Of a stretch of DNA of 64,000 bases, positions 41,912 to 51,598 are shown piece by piece. Below the pieces are notes generated by a model. That model did not search any database and was not told the DNA's origin. It saw only the letters and a list, made by a program, of their open reading frames with translations. The stretch is from an uncultured Acidobacteriaceae bacterium. GTDB taxonomy: Bacteria > Acidobacteriota > Terriglobia > Terriglobales > Acidobacteriaceae. The stretch is taken from contig CAVVGM010000004.1 of assembly GCA_963747805.1 (NCBI GenBank), positions 807,998 through 871,997 on the forward strand, written 5' to 3'. Position numbers and translations under genes: made by a program. Within the stretch, counting starts at the first letter, position 1. Each line of letters opens with the position of its first letter.

Positions 41912-43843
41912 ATGAAGCGGGGCGCCGCGACAACAGCCACAGCGAAGATGGTCGCAGCCAAGACCGCCACAGCCAAGATCGCCACAGCCAAGACCGCAGA
42001 GAAGAAGACTGTCAAGAAGACCATCGTAAAAAAGACGACCGGCCTGCGCTACTGGATGCTGCGCGTCCTCGAAGAGTGCGACCATGTCTCCACCGACTTC
42101 AGCGCCGACCCCGTGCACGACCTCCGCGTCTCCTTGCGCCGCTGCCGTTCCATGGCTGACGGCCTGATCGCCGTCGATCCCGATCCCGACTGGAAAGCGA
42201 TGAAAAAAGCCGGCAAGCGCCTATTCCAAAGACTAGGCGACCTCCGCGACCTCCAGGTCATGATGGAATGGATCGAAAAGCTCCACCCCGCAGATGAAGG
42301 TGTGGAATATGTGGTGCGGACACAGTTGCCCGCATCGCCTCCATCGGAACAGAATTCCGCGGCCACGGGTAACGTTTCAACCAAAGAATCCGGGTCAGAA
42401 CCGAAATTCTCAACAGGCCCCCAGCCCAACTCCCCTCGCGACCCCTCCGCCCAAGCGCTCCTCCAAATCCTCACCCGCCGCGAAACCGAACAAAAGCGTG
42501 AGGCCCGCGCCGCCCTCGGAGAATTTGACCGCAAGCAGTGGCGCCAATGGAGCCGCTTACTGCCCCAGCGCGCAGCGCACATCCGCCCCGGCAGCGGAGT
42601 CTTCAAGCACCTCGCTCTCGAGCGCTGGACCGCCGCCCGCGAGCTCCACAACCGCGCTCTGCGCAACCGCTCCAAAGTTGCGTTTCACACCCTGCGCATC
42701 GGCATCAAACGCTTTCGCTACATCGTCGAAAATTTTCTGCCCGCAGAGCACAAAGCCTGGAGCAACGACCTCAAAGCTGTGCAGGACTTGCTTGGCGAAG
42801 TCCACGACCTGGACGTGCTGTGGACGACCGCACTCACCAGCCAGATATTTTCGGCCGAGACCACTCCGAGCGACATTTCCACGGCCGCCAGTTTTCCTGA
42901 CGAGACTGTTTCGAAGCAGCAGACGCCTTCCGGCGCCGAACTCCGAGAGCGCTGGCATTATCAGATTGCCGAAGAACGCGCCAAGCGCATCGAGCGATAT
43001 CACAAAAAGATGGTCGGCCCCGATTCGCTGTGGAATGTATGGCGCGCAGGATTGCCACAAGGCAAGCAGATTCAGTCACTTGCCACCGAACGAATGAAGT
43101 TGTGGGCTAAGGCCCTCGATCCCGACTTCGCGCACTCCGAACACGTCGCCCGCCTGGCCCTCGAACTCTACGACGGCCTCGCCTCCAAACGCTTGCTGGG
43201 CGGAGCGGCAGGTTCCAGTCTCGATCTACCCGCGAATTCAGGCAGGAGTCGAACAGCGAATCCGGCCGATGGCTCGGGCGCGCGCTCGAGCCTGATGATG
43301 GCCGCGCTCCTCCACGATGTCGGCAAATCAAAAGGCAACAAGGGCCATCACAAAGCGTCGCAGGAGTTGATCAAAGCCCACAGCACGCCCCTGGGATGGA
43401 ACCCGCAAGACATGCAACGCGCCGCCATCGTCGCGCGTTTTCACAGCGGCGCATTGCCCACGCGCAACCACAAAGCCCTCCGCGATCTTCTGCCAGACGA
43501 ACAAAAGACGACCATCCGGTTGGCGGCAATCCTCCGCCTGGCCAACGCCTTCGATTCGTCCCACGATGGCCACATCCGCAGGCTGCGAATCGAAAACAGT
43601 CAGAGTGAAAGCAGCAAGATTGGAAACGGAAAGCCCGGCCGCCTAGCGAGCCGCACCCGTCGCACCAACGGATTCCTGCAAAAACCCGCAGCTAGCTTAG
43701 CGAAGAACGAAGCCCTGATAATCGCCGCCGAAGGCTACGCCCCCGGCAGCCCCACAGCCCAAACCATCGCCGCCGAACGCCATCTGCTGGAAACCGTGCT
43801 TCAAAGGCCAGTGATGGTCACGGCGATGAAGAATCCGCGTTAG
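41912..43843 (+). CDS. CHAD domain protein fused to a Ppx/GppA-type C-terminal HD domain, with a Lys/Ala/Thr-rich repeat N-terminus
   Basis: CHAD signature VHDLRVSLRRCRSMADGL / FHTLRIGIKRFRYIVENF. HD part HSEHVARLALELYDGL ... AALLHDVGKS. TTG at 41891 is an alternative start. Confidence 0.8.
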   Translation: MKRGAATTATAKMVAAKTATAKIATAKTAEKKTVKKTIVKKTTGLRYWMLRVLEECDHVSTDFSADPVHDLRVSLRRCRSMADGLIAVDPDPDWKAMKKAGKRLFQRLGDLRDLQVMMEWIEKLHPADEGVEYVVRTQLPASPPSEQNSAATGNVSTKESGSEPKFSTGPQPNSPRDPSAQALLQILTRRETEQKREARAALGEFDRKQWRQWSRLLPQRAAHIRPGSGVFKHLALERWTAARELHNRALRNRSKVAFHTLRIGIKRFRYIVENFLPAEHKAWSNDLKAVQDLLGEVHDLDVLWTTALTSQIFSAETTPSDISTAASFPDETVSKQQTPSGAELRERWHYQIAEERAKRIERYHKKMVGPDSLWNVWRAGLPQGKQIQSLATERMKLWAKALDPDFAHSEHVARLALELYDGLASKRLLGGAAGSSLDLPANSGRSRTANPADGSGARSSLMMAALLHDVGKSKGNKGHHKASQELIKAHSTPLGWNPQDMQRAAIVARFHSGALPTRNHKALRDLLPDEQKTTIRLAAILRLANAFDSSHDGHIRRLRIENSQSESSKIGNGKPGRLASRTRRTNGFLQKPAASLAKNEALIIAAEGYAPGSPTAQTIAAERHLLETVLQRPVMVTAMKNPR

Positions 43844-44002
43844 ATGTCCGCCGCACAGCCGCTTGGACGGAGGCGCTAATGTCGTAGACGTTGCTAGTAG
43901 CTCCCGAGTCACTTCCGCGCTTCGGCGGCACCAGATACAAATGTTGTTGCTTCTCGCGGGCTGCTTGGCCACTCGATCAGCTGAAGCCCGAAGCCCGAAC
44001 CT

Positions 44003-44560
44003 ATGACTCACGCCCAACTCGTCGAAAAAGCCGTCCGCTGGCTGCGACATTATCGCTGTGGCGTGGTGCTCTCCGAACAAGCCTGCGCCAGCGGCGAGAT
44101 GCCGGACGCCATCGGCTGGAAGCGCGCCAGCCACTCCGTGCTGGTGGAATGCAAAGTCACGCGCGCCGATTTTCTGGCCGACCGCGCCAAGCCCTTCCGC
44201 CTCAAGCCCGAGCGCGGAGTCGGCAGCGAGCGCTTTTATCTGACGCCGGCCAGACTCGTGAAGCCGGAAGAATTGCCCGCAGGCTGGGGACTGCTCGAAA
44301 TCCGTGGCCGCGGAGTGGAAATGGTGCATGCTTCCCTCAAGAACCTGCGCAGTCCCACCGGATTCCGCTACGAAATGAATCTTCTGCTCGCCAGCCTGCG
44401 CCGCGTCGAGGTACGCATTGAGCCCCAGAGCATCACCGATTTCCTCAAGTGGAAAAACCGCATGGCCGAATACAACCGCGGCACTCTTCCCGAAGGCCTG
44501 GCCCCCGCCGAAGACGAAGCCAACGTCTTCCTCGATCCGGAGGCCTCTGCGTTGAGCTAA
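44003..44560 (+). CDS. MmcB-like PD-(D/E)xK nuclease-fold protein
   Basis: EMPDAIGW...VLVECKVTRADFLADRAKPFR...ERFYLTP matches the D...ExK core and the xRxDFxxD pattern of MmcB-family proteins as I recall them. Confidence 0.65.
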   Translation: MTHAQLVEKAVRWLRHYRCGVVLSEQACASGEMPDAIGWKRASHSVLVECKVTRADFLADRAKPFRLKPERGVGSERFYLTPARLVKPEELPAGWGLLEIRGRGVEMVHASLKNLRSPTGFRYEMNLLLASLRRVEVRIEPQSITDFLKWKNRMAEYNRGTLPEGLAPAEDEANVFLDPEASALS

Positions 44561-44902
44561 CCGGTTGGTTCGCCGATGCCGCGTCTCGCTTTTACCAGAC
44601 AATGAGCAGCCAGCGATGGGGCCGATCGGTTTTCCACAACCCGCCGGTAACTCTTGTGACGTCCAACCTTGCCTCTGCGATCGGATTGCGCGATTATTCT
44701 CGTACCGGACAGAGCAGCAGTAAGGCGCATTTGCCGCTCTTAAGTCCTTTGTTTTTAAGATTTTTGACCTCTAAGTTCTTTGACGCCAGGATTTTGCGGG
44801 GAATTTTCCGCTAACTCGATGATTCCAGAGATTCAGGGGGAGGGGGAGGGGGGTACCCGAAACTGCCCATCTTCCAAAACTAAATAAGAGTAGAAACGCC
44901 GG

Positions 44903-44938
44903 CCCAAAAAAGAAAGCCGGGCTGGTTCGCCCGGTTTC
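44903..44938 (-). terminator. Rho-independent terminator-like hairpin; the best U-tract is on the minus strand
   Basis: The minus strand reads gaaaccggg-cgaaccag-cccggctttc followed by TTTTTTGG. The plus-strand version is followed by ttcttctt, a weaker tract. Confidence 0.55.
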
Positions 44939-45529
44939 TTCTTGCGTCGAGTTGGATGCGGTTACATCGCAGCGCGGCGCGACTGGCGCTGAGTCTGCCT
45001 CTGGCTGGGTTAGGGCCAGTCCGGTCGCCCGGAAAGTGCTTCCTCAGGCCAATCCTCAAACCATGCGAGGAGCGAGGAAACAGACACTCGGAGAACTGCA
45101 AACCAGCAGCCAACCGCATACTTCAAGTGGCGACTATTGTGTGATGGATAAGTTGCTGATTATGCATTGCTTAAGGGTTTAATGAATGTGCAGATTGGCG
45201 AGCTCAACAGCGAGCCGCCGCAGCGCGTGGGCAAAGTCTTGCACAAGTTGCACTGCGAGCGGTGCATCTCCGCCGTCATCACCCTCGACGCGGCGATCGG
45301 ACGACTTGGTCGTCATCACCATGCATAACGAGCGTAAGGACGTCGAACTCCTCCAAGTCCTCGGTGAAGTCTCATGCAGTCGTAGCCCGCCTTCACTTCT
45401 CCCACCATTCCCTGGAGCCCGCGAAAATTCCCCGAATATTTTTTCCGATTTGCCAGAAATAAACTTGCCAGACTAGGATATTGCCTCTCGGCACCGCCAC
45501 TGCAACGGCTCGAGATTAAGGAGGCTCCC

Positions 45530-46987
45530 TTGAGAATCCCCAGGCGCCGCAGCATTTCCCTGCTCGTTTTCCTGCTCTCCGGGTTCTTGATTTGTGGGGC
45601 AGCAATATCTCTTGCGCAAACCGAGAGCACGCCCGGTCCGGGCAATCCCGGCCAAGCCATTCCCGGCACGGGCGGAGTGAGCCCGTTCGCGGGCAGCGTG
45701 CCGGCTAAACTCGTTCCAGGGGTGATGCCGCTTTCGCTGCAGGACGCCATCAACCGCGGATTGAAGCAGAATCTCGGACTGCTGCTTTCGCACGCGGATG
45801 TCGGCGCGGCTCGGGGACAGCGCTGGGAGCAATTGAGCGCTCTGTTACCGCACGTGACCGCGGCTCCTTACGCGGACGCCTCGAAGATCAATCTCGCTGA
45901 GCTCGGCCTTACGCATTTAGGTGAAATTACTCTGCCGAAATCCGTTGGCCCCTTTTCTTACTTTGACGCGCGCGCGGCAGTGACCGAGAGTCTGTTCGAT
46001 TGGAAGTCGATTAACGCCACTCGCGCAGCCAATCAGAGTCTGAAATCTGCCGCCTATACTTTCAAGGATGCTCGGGATCTCGTCGTACTCGCCGTGGGCT
46101 ATGTTTATTTGCAGGCCATTGCCGACGAAGCCCGCATTGAGACGGCAGAAGCGCAGGTAAAGACGGCGCAAGCGCTCTACGATCAGGCGGCGGACCAGAT
46201 CAATGCCGGTACTTCGCCGGACATCGACGGACTGCGAACGAAGGTCGAGCTCCAGAACCGGCAGCAACAGTTGATCCAGGCGAAGAACAACTTCGCCATC
46301 CAAAAACTGACCGTCGCGCGTGTCATCGGCTTGGCTCCGGGCCAGGAATTTGAATTCACCGACAAGGCGCCTTACCAGGCGATCGAAGCCACGTCCGTGG
46401 ATGAGGTTCTGGGACGAGCTTACGCTTCGCGCTCCGATTACCAGGCGGCCATGACCGAAGTGCGGGCAGCAGAATTCGCCCGCAAGGCCGCCGTGGCGGG
46501 ATATCTGCCGTCGCTTTCTTTTAACGCGGATTACGGGTTAGCGGGATCGCATCCCTCTACGTCAACTTCAGTGGCCGACGTGCGCGGAACGCTCTCGATC
46601 CCGATCTTTCAGGGGGGCACCGTTCATGGGGATGTATTGCAGGCCGACGCGAGACTGGAGCAGAGCCGCGAGCGGCTGGAGAATCTGCGCGCCCAAATCG
46701 ATTCCGATGTGCGCGCGGCGCTACTGAACCTGCAGTCTTCGGCGGATCAGGTGAATGTGACGCGCAGCAACATTGATCTGGCGGAAGAGACGCTGGTTCA
46801 GTCACGTGACCGTTTCAGTGCGGGGGTTACCGATACCGTGGAAGTGGTGCAATCGGAAGAGGCCGTGGCCAGCGCGCACGAACAGTACATATCGAGTCTC
46901 TACAACTATAATTACGCAAAAATTTCGCTGGTTCGCGCTCTCGGCATCGCTGAGCAGGGTGTGAAGGAATTTTTCAAAGGAAAGTGA
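45530..46987 (+). CDS. TolC-family outer-membrane efflux channel
   Basis: AAGGAGG RBS, then a TTG start. Signal peptide, and two OEP repeats with typical coiled-coil segments (LQNRQQQLIQAKNNF, LENLRAQIDSDV). Confidence 0.85.
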   Translation: MRIPRRRSISLLVFLLSGFLICGAAISLAQTESTPGPGNPGQAIPGTGGVSPFAGSVPAKLVPGVMPLSLQDAINRGLKQNLGLLLSHADVGAARGQRWEQLSALLPHVTAAPYADASKINLAELGLTHLGEITLPKSVGPFSYFDARAAVTESLFDWKSINATRAANQSLKSAAYTFKDARDLVVLAVGYVYLQAIADEARIETAEAQVKTAQALYDQAADQINAGTSPDIDGLRTKVELQNRQQQLIQAKNNFAIQKLTVARVIGLAPGQEFEFTDKAPYQAIEATSVDEVLGRAYASRSDYQAAMTEVRAAEFARKAAVAGYLPSLSFNADYGLAGSHPSTSTSVADVRGTLSIPIFQGGTVHGDVLQADARLEQSRERLENLRAQIDSDVRAALLNLQSSADQVNVTRSNIDLAEETLVQSRDRFSAGVTDTVEVVQSEEAVASAHEQYISSLYNYNYAKISLVRALGIAEQGVKEFFKGK

Positions 46988-48285
46988 ATATGGCCGAAGA
47001 AAACCTACCCCATCGAGTACCTGAGTCAGGCGCCGATTCTTCGACCGATCCATCTCAGGTCGACCCAGCTCCGGGCGATCCTTCGCCGTCGACGGACAGG
47101 GGCCGTACCCCACGCGTGCGGCGCGCTTCCGAGCGCCGACGAAACATATTGATTCTGGCCGCCGTGTTGGTGGTGGTGATTGTAGGACTATTCCTGTGGC
47201 GCTACCTGAGCAGCTATGAATCCACCGACGACGCCCAGGTGGATGTTCACCTGTATCCCGTGAGCGCCCGTGTTTCCGGCTATGTGGTGAAGGTGAACGT
47301 AGACGACAACCAATGGGTGGAGAAAGGCACGGTGCTGGTCGAGATCGACCCGAAAGACTACGAGGTTTCGGTAGCGCAGGCGCAAGCGAATCTCGCCAAT
47401 GCTGAAGCGACGGCTCAATCGCTGAACATCACGGTTCCGATCACTTCGGTGAACACTTCAAGCCAACTGAAGTTCGCGGCGTCGGGCATTGAAGACGCGA
47501 ACGCCGGCGTCATTGCCGCCGAGAGACAACTGAGCGCCGCGCATTCTCAGGTGGAGGCGGCGGAGGCGAACGATGTGAAAGCGCAAGACGATCTTCACCG
47601 CTACAAGTTATTGGTCGACAAGCGGGAGGTATCGCAGCAAATCTACGATCAAGCGTTGGCCGCGGCCAAATCCAGCACCGCGAGTGTAGAAGCCGCCCGC
47701 GCCACGGAGTCCGCCGCGCGGCAATTCGTCCAACAGGCCCAAAGCCATTTGGCGCAAGCGAACGCCAACCACCAATATGCGGAGACCGCGCCACAGCAAG
47801 TGTCGTCATCCCAGGCCCGGGCGCGGGCCGCCATTGCCGATGTTGAGCAAAAGCGCGCGCTGCTGGAGCAGGCGCAACTGAATCTGGGATACACGAAAAT
47901 CGTTGCCCCAGTCAGCGGCGAAGTGAATAAGACGGTGGTAGTTGGAATGAACGTCTCGGACGGGCAGCAACTGCTCACCGTGGTGCCGCTGGATCAAGTG
48001 TGGGTTACCGCCAATTTCAAAGAGACTCAGCTCCGCCACATGCGCGTTGGACAGAAAGCGGAAATCCACGTGGACTCGAGCGGGCGGACGTTTAAAGGCC
48101 ATGTGGACAGCATCGCCGGAGCAACCGGCCCGCTGTTTAGTTTACTTCCGCCGGAGAACGCCACCGGAAACTACGTGAAAATTGTGCAGAGGATTCCGGT
48201 GAAGATCGTTCTCGAACCGGGAGAGAACCGGAATCGTCTGCTTCGACCGGGCATGAACGTGGTGCCGGACGTTTCCCTCAAATGA
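46984..48285 (+). CDS. HlyD/EmrA-family periplasmic adaptor
   Basis: Overlaps the tolC-like stop. TM anchor, lipoyl-like segment VSGYVVKVNVDDNQWVEKGTVLVEID, long coiled coil, and YTKIVAPVSGEV. Confidence 0.85.
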   Translation: MNMAEENLPHRVPESGADSSTDPSQVDPAPGDPSPSTDRGRTPRVRRASERRRNILILAAVLVVVIVGLFLWRYLSSYESTDDAQVDVHLYPVSARVSGYVVKVNVDDNQWVEKGTVLVEIDPKDYEVSVAQAQANLANAEATAQSLNITVPITSVNTSSQLKFAASGIEDANAGVIAAERQLSAAHSQVEAAEANDVKAQDDLHRYKLLVDKREVSQQIYDQALAAAKSSTASVEAARATESAARQFVQQAQSHLAQANANHQYAETAPQQVSSSQARARAAIADVEQKRALLEQAQLNLGYTKIVAPVSGEVNKTVVVGMNVSDGQQLLTVVPLDQVWVTANFKETQLRHMRVGQKAEIHVDSSGRTFKGHVDSIAGATGPLFSLLPPENATGNYVKIVQRIPVKIVLEPGENRNRLLRPGMNVVPDVSLK

Positions 48286-49875
48286 GTGCCGCTGCTGTCA
48301 CACTCGACCAGGAAGTTTGGCGGCCTAAGTACAATCCCTGGCTGATTGCTGTTGTCGTGGCGCTCGCGGCATTCATGGAGGTGCTCGACACCAGCATCGC
48401 CAATGTAGCCCTGCCGTATATGGCCGGGAATCTGGGGGCAAGCAACGACCAGAGTACCTGGGTGTTGACTTCGTATCTGGTCTCGAATGCGATTATCCTG
48501 CCGATCAGCGGCTGGCTCGCGGGCGCGTTGGGGCGGAAGCGTTTTTTCATGTCCTGCCTGGCCGTGTTTACTGTGAGTTCTTTACTTTGTGGCGTCGCGC
48601 CGAGTCTGGGGTTTCTTCTTCTTTTCCGGGTGCTGCAGGGCGCGGGCGGTGGCGGGCTGCAGCCAATGGCGCAGGCCATTTTGGCGGATACGTTTCCACC
48701 GCAGCAGCGCGGGCTTGGCATTTGCCCTGTATGGCATTACGGCCATCATGGCGCCCACGATCGGGCCCACGCTGGGCGGCTGGATCACTTTCAACTATTC
48801 CTGGCGGTGGATTTTCTTCATCAATCTTCCGGTCGGCTTGATTACATGGTTTCTGGTACGACGTTTTGTCGAAGACCCTCCGTACTTGGCCAAGATCAAG
48901 GCGGCGGGCGTGAAGTTGGATTACATTGGCATCGCTCTGCTCGCACTCGGCATTGGGGCATTACAGGTGCTGCTCGATAAGGGTCAGGAAGATGACTGGT
49001 TCGGGTCGCACTTCATCACGACTTTAGTAATCGTTGCGACCGTATGCCTGATCTCGCTGGTGATCTGGGAGTGGTATCAGAAAACGCCCATCATCGACGT
49101 CCGCATGTTCAAGAGCTTTAACTTCGCGAGTTCGAGCCTGATGATGTTCACGCTGGGAATCTTGTTGTTCAGCAGCCTGGTGTTGATGCCGCAGTTTCTT
49201 CAGACGCTGCTGGGATACACCTCGCAACTGGCGGGGCTTGCACTTTCGGCTGGAGGACTGGTTTTACTGATTGAGATGCCCATCATGGGGCAGCTGACAA
49301 CGAAGATCCAGGCGCGCTACCTGATCGCATTCGGCTGGCTGGCGCTGTCCATTGCCATGTTCTATTCGACGAAGCGGATTGACTTGCAGATCAGCTTCAG
49401 CGCCGCGACGTGGTTGCGCATCGCGCAGGTGATTGGTTTGGGATTCCTGTTCGTGCCCATTACGCTGGTCGCTTACGTCGGAATTGCGCCGGAAAAGAAC
49501 AACTCGGTCGCCGGAATCGTGAATTTCATGCGCAATATGGGAAGCAGCGTGGGCACGTCTTTGGTCACGACTTTGATTGCTCGACGCTCGCAGTTCCATC
49601 AGGGAAGGCTGGTGGAAACGGTCAGAGTCGATAACCCCAATTTTGTCAATGCGGCAAATGGTCTGGCTCGGCAGTTGGCCACCTCCGGCGTGGGTAAGCA
49701 CGAGGCGCAGATAACTGCCTACGCCAGGATTTATCAATCCCTGCAAGCACAGGCGGCAAGCTTGGCATACATTGATACCTTCATGGTTCTTTGCGTGGGA
49801 TCGGCGATCATGTTCTTTCTGGCTTTCCTTCTGAAGAAGAATGAACCTGGCGGTGGTGGAGTAGTAGTGGAGTAA
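48282..49875 (+). pseudogene. EmrB/QacA-type (DHA2, 14-TM) MFS efflux permease interrupted by a 1-nt frame shift near 48711-48720
   Basis: ORFs 48282..48980 and 48589..49875 join as ...ILADTFPPQQRGL|AFALYGITAIMAPTIGPTLGGWI... if one G of cttGGca is removed. ATGA overlap with the adaptor gene. Confidence 0.8.
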
Positions 49876-49940
49876 GGGTAGGAGAGTGATAATCCGATCG
49901 GATGTGAACGCGCGATCACAAGAGTCAGAGAAGTTCAGTC

Positions 49941-50905
49941 ATGTTGGAAATCAAACTCATACTTTGTCCGGTTGATTTCTCGGAGTTCTCGATCCGGGCA
50001 TATCACTATGCGCTATCGCTGGCGGAACATTATCGAGCCCAAATGGTGGTGCAGAATATCGTCGAACTGTCGCGATATCCTTACGCCGATTATGTTGCGT
50101 CGCAGGGAGACTATGCGGAGTTCTGCCGGGCGCTTCACGAAGGTGGCAAGGAGAACTGCGAGAATTCGTGGAGAAGCACACGCACGATGAAATTCAGCTG
50201 GAGCTCGTGGTGAACGAGGGAGCAGCCGCCAGACTCCATTCTGTCGCTCGCGCTGGCACGGAAAGTAGACCTGATCGTCATGGGAACACACGGGCGGAGA
50301 GGATACGACCGTCTCGTGCTCGGGTCAGTGACCAACCGAGTGATGCGCAAGACTCCTTGCCCGGTGCTGGCAATATCAAAGCCGCCGCACGAGCCTGTGG
50401 CTCACGAGTCTGCGGCTCACGGCGCCATGTCTCACGACTCCGTGCCTCACGATTCCGTGCCTCGCGAACCCGGGGTCAAGGGAAGAGTGGCGCCACGTCC
50501 ACCGTTTGAACCGAATTCTTTTCTGTACGGATTTCTCGAAGAATGCGGAGCGTGCTTTGAGCTATGCGATCTCGGTGACAGAGGAATATGACGCCGAGCT
50601 TACGTTGCTGCACGTGTTGGAGGACGCTCCAAGTCCGGCGAAGACGGAAGAAGCCATGGCGAAAGCCGCGGAGCAACTCGACAAACTGATCCGATCGGAG
50701 GAGCGCAAGAACCTCAAGATTAAGACGGTGGTACGCATCGGAAAACCATATCCAGCAGATCATTCAACTTGCCGAGGAAGCGCAGATTGACACGGTGGCC
50801 ATGGGAGTGCGTGGCCGGGGCGCGCTGGATCTGGCGGTGTTTGGTTCGACGACCTATCGGGTGATGCAGTTGGGACCGTGCCCAGTTCTGGCCGTCCAGT
50901 TTTGA
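49941..50905 (+). pseudogene. Tandem universal stress protein (two UspA domains) carrying 3-4 frame disruptions
   Basis: USP segments occur in successive frames: MLEIKLILCPVDFSEFS..., LREFVEKHTHDEIQLELVVNEG, DSILSLALARKVDLIVMGTHGRRGYDRLVLGSVTNRVMRKTPCPVL, NRILFCTDFSKNAERAL..., QQIIQLAEEAQIDTVAMGVRGRGALDLAVFGSTTYRVMQLGPCPVLAV. Shifts are near 50150, 50222, 50480-50505 and 50751. Confidence 0.75.
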
Positions 50906-50935
50906 ACCGTCAGGCCCAGGGAGATTGCGACGCAG

Positions 50936-51582
50936 ATGATAAAAATCATCACCATCGAACGCGAGTACGGAAGCGGCGGCGGCGAAATCGCTCAACTGCT
51001 TGCCAAACAGCTGGGCTGGAAGCTTTGGGATCAGTTGCTGACCGAGGAGATCGCGCGGCTGGCGGATTGTCCGAAGGCGGTCGTGGAGGGTCGAGAGGAA
51101 CGACCGGATCCTCTGTATTACCGGCTGTTCAAATCGTTCCTGCGAGGGAGCTATGAAGGCAGCATCAATGCGCACAAGCTGAAACTGGTCGACAGCGAAT
51201 GCATTTTGAAGTTTACGGAACAGGTGGTTCAGCATGCGGCGAAAACAGGGAACTCGGTCATCGTCGGAAGAGGCTCGCAGCAGTTTCTCAGGAACCGCAA
51301 GGACACGTTGCGCGTGTTTCTTTACGCTCCGCAGAGAAGATAAAGTTCGGCGCCTGTTGGCTCGAGGCAAGAGCGAGAACGAAGCCGAACAGTTGGTGGA
51401 TACGGTTGATCGGGAACGCGTCGATTTCATCCAGAAATACTTCCACGTCGAATGGCCAGACCGCGCCGATCTACCACACCATGATCAATACTGCGATCGG
51501 CGATGAGGCGGTCGTTCACATGATTCTGGATCTAATGAAAACCCTCGAGGCCAGAATCACCGCCAAAGCACTCGCACAATAA
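50936..51582 (+). pseudogene. Cytidylate-kinase-like family protein with two frame disruptions
   Basis: ITIEREYGSGGGEIAQLLAKQLGW...VIVGRGSQQFL...LRVFLYAPQ | EDKVRRLLARGKSENEAEQLVDTVDRERVDFIQKYFHVEW | IYHTMINTAIGDEAVV... lie in three frames. Shifts are near 51334 and 51460-51472. Confidence 0.7.
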
Positions 51583-51598
51583 GTCCGTGTTCCCCCGA

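Noticed and set aside
43697-44602. 301-aa minus-strand ORF spanning the end of the CHAD gene and the MmcB-like gene
   Set aside because: It overlaps two plus-strand genes that have recognisable domain signatures, and it has no motifs and shadow-ORF composition.
45020-45060. Minus-strand GAGGAAGCACTTTCCGGGCGACCGG resembling the RNase P GAGGAAAGUCCGGGC box, or SRP-like CCGGAAGG
   Set aside because: The match is only partial and interrupted. The region is too short for RNase P RNA and lacks the other conserved boxes. I treat it as part of an unclassified sRNA candidate instead.
45179-45322. 47-codon minus-strand ORF (MVMTTKSSDRRVEGDDGGDAPLAVQLVQDFAHALRRLAVELANLHIH) just upstream of the candidate sRNA
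   Set aside because: It has no RBS within range, is very short, and I recognise no family. It could still be a real small protein whose 3' UTR is the structured region, but I cannot support it.
50720-51430. Uninterrupted 236-aa minus-strand ORF across the frameshifted kinase-like gene
   Set aside because: It was tempting because the plus strand is broken here. However, the plus-strand pieces match the cytidylate-kinase-like family in order (GSGG P-loop, GRG, LRVFLYAP, DxxR…YF), whereas the minus-strand product is Arg/Leu-rich with no motif.
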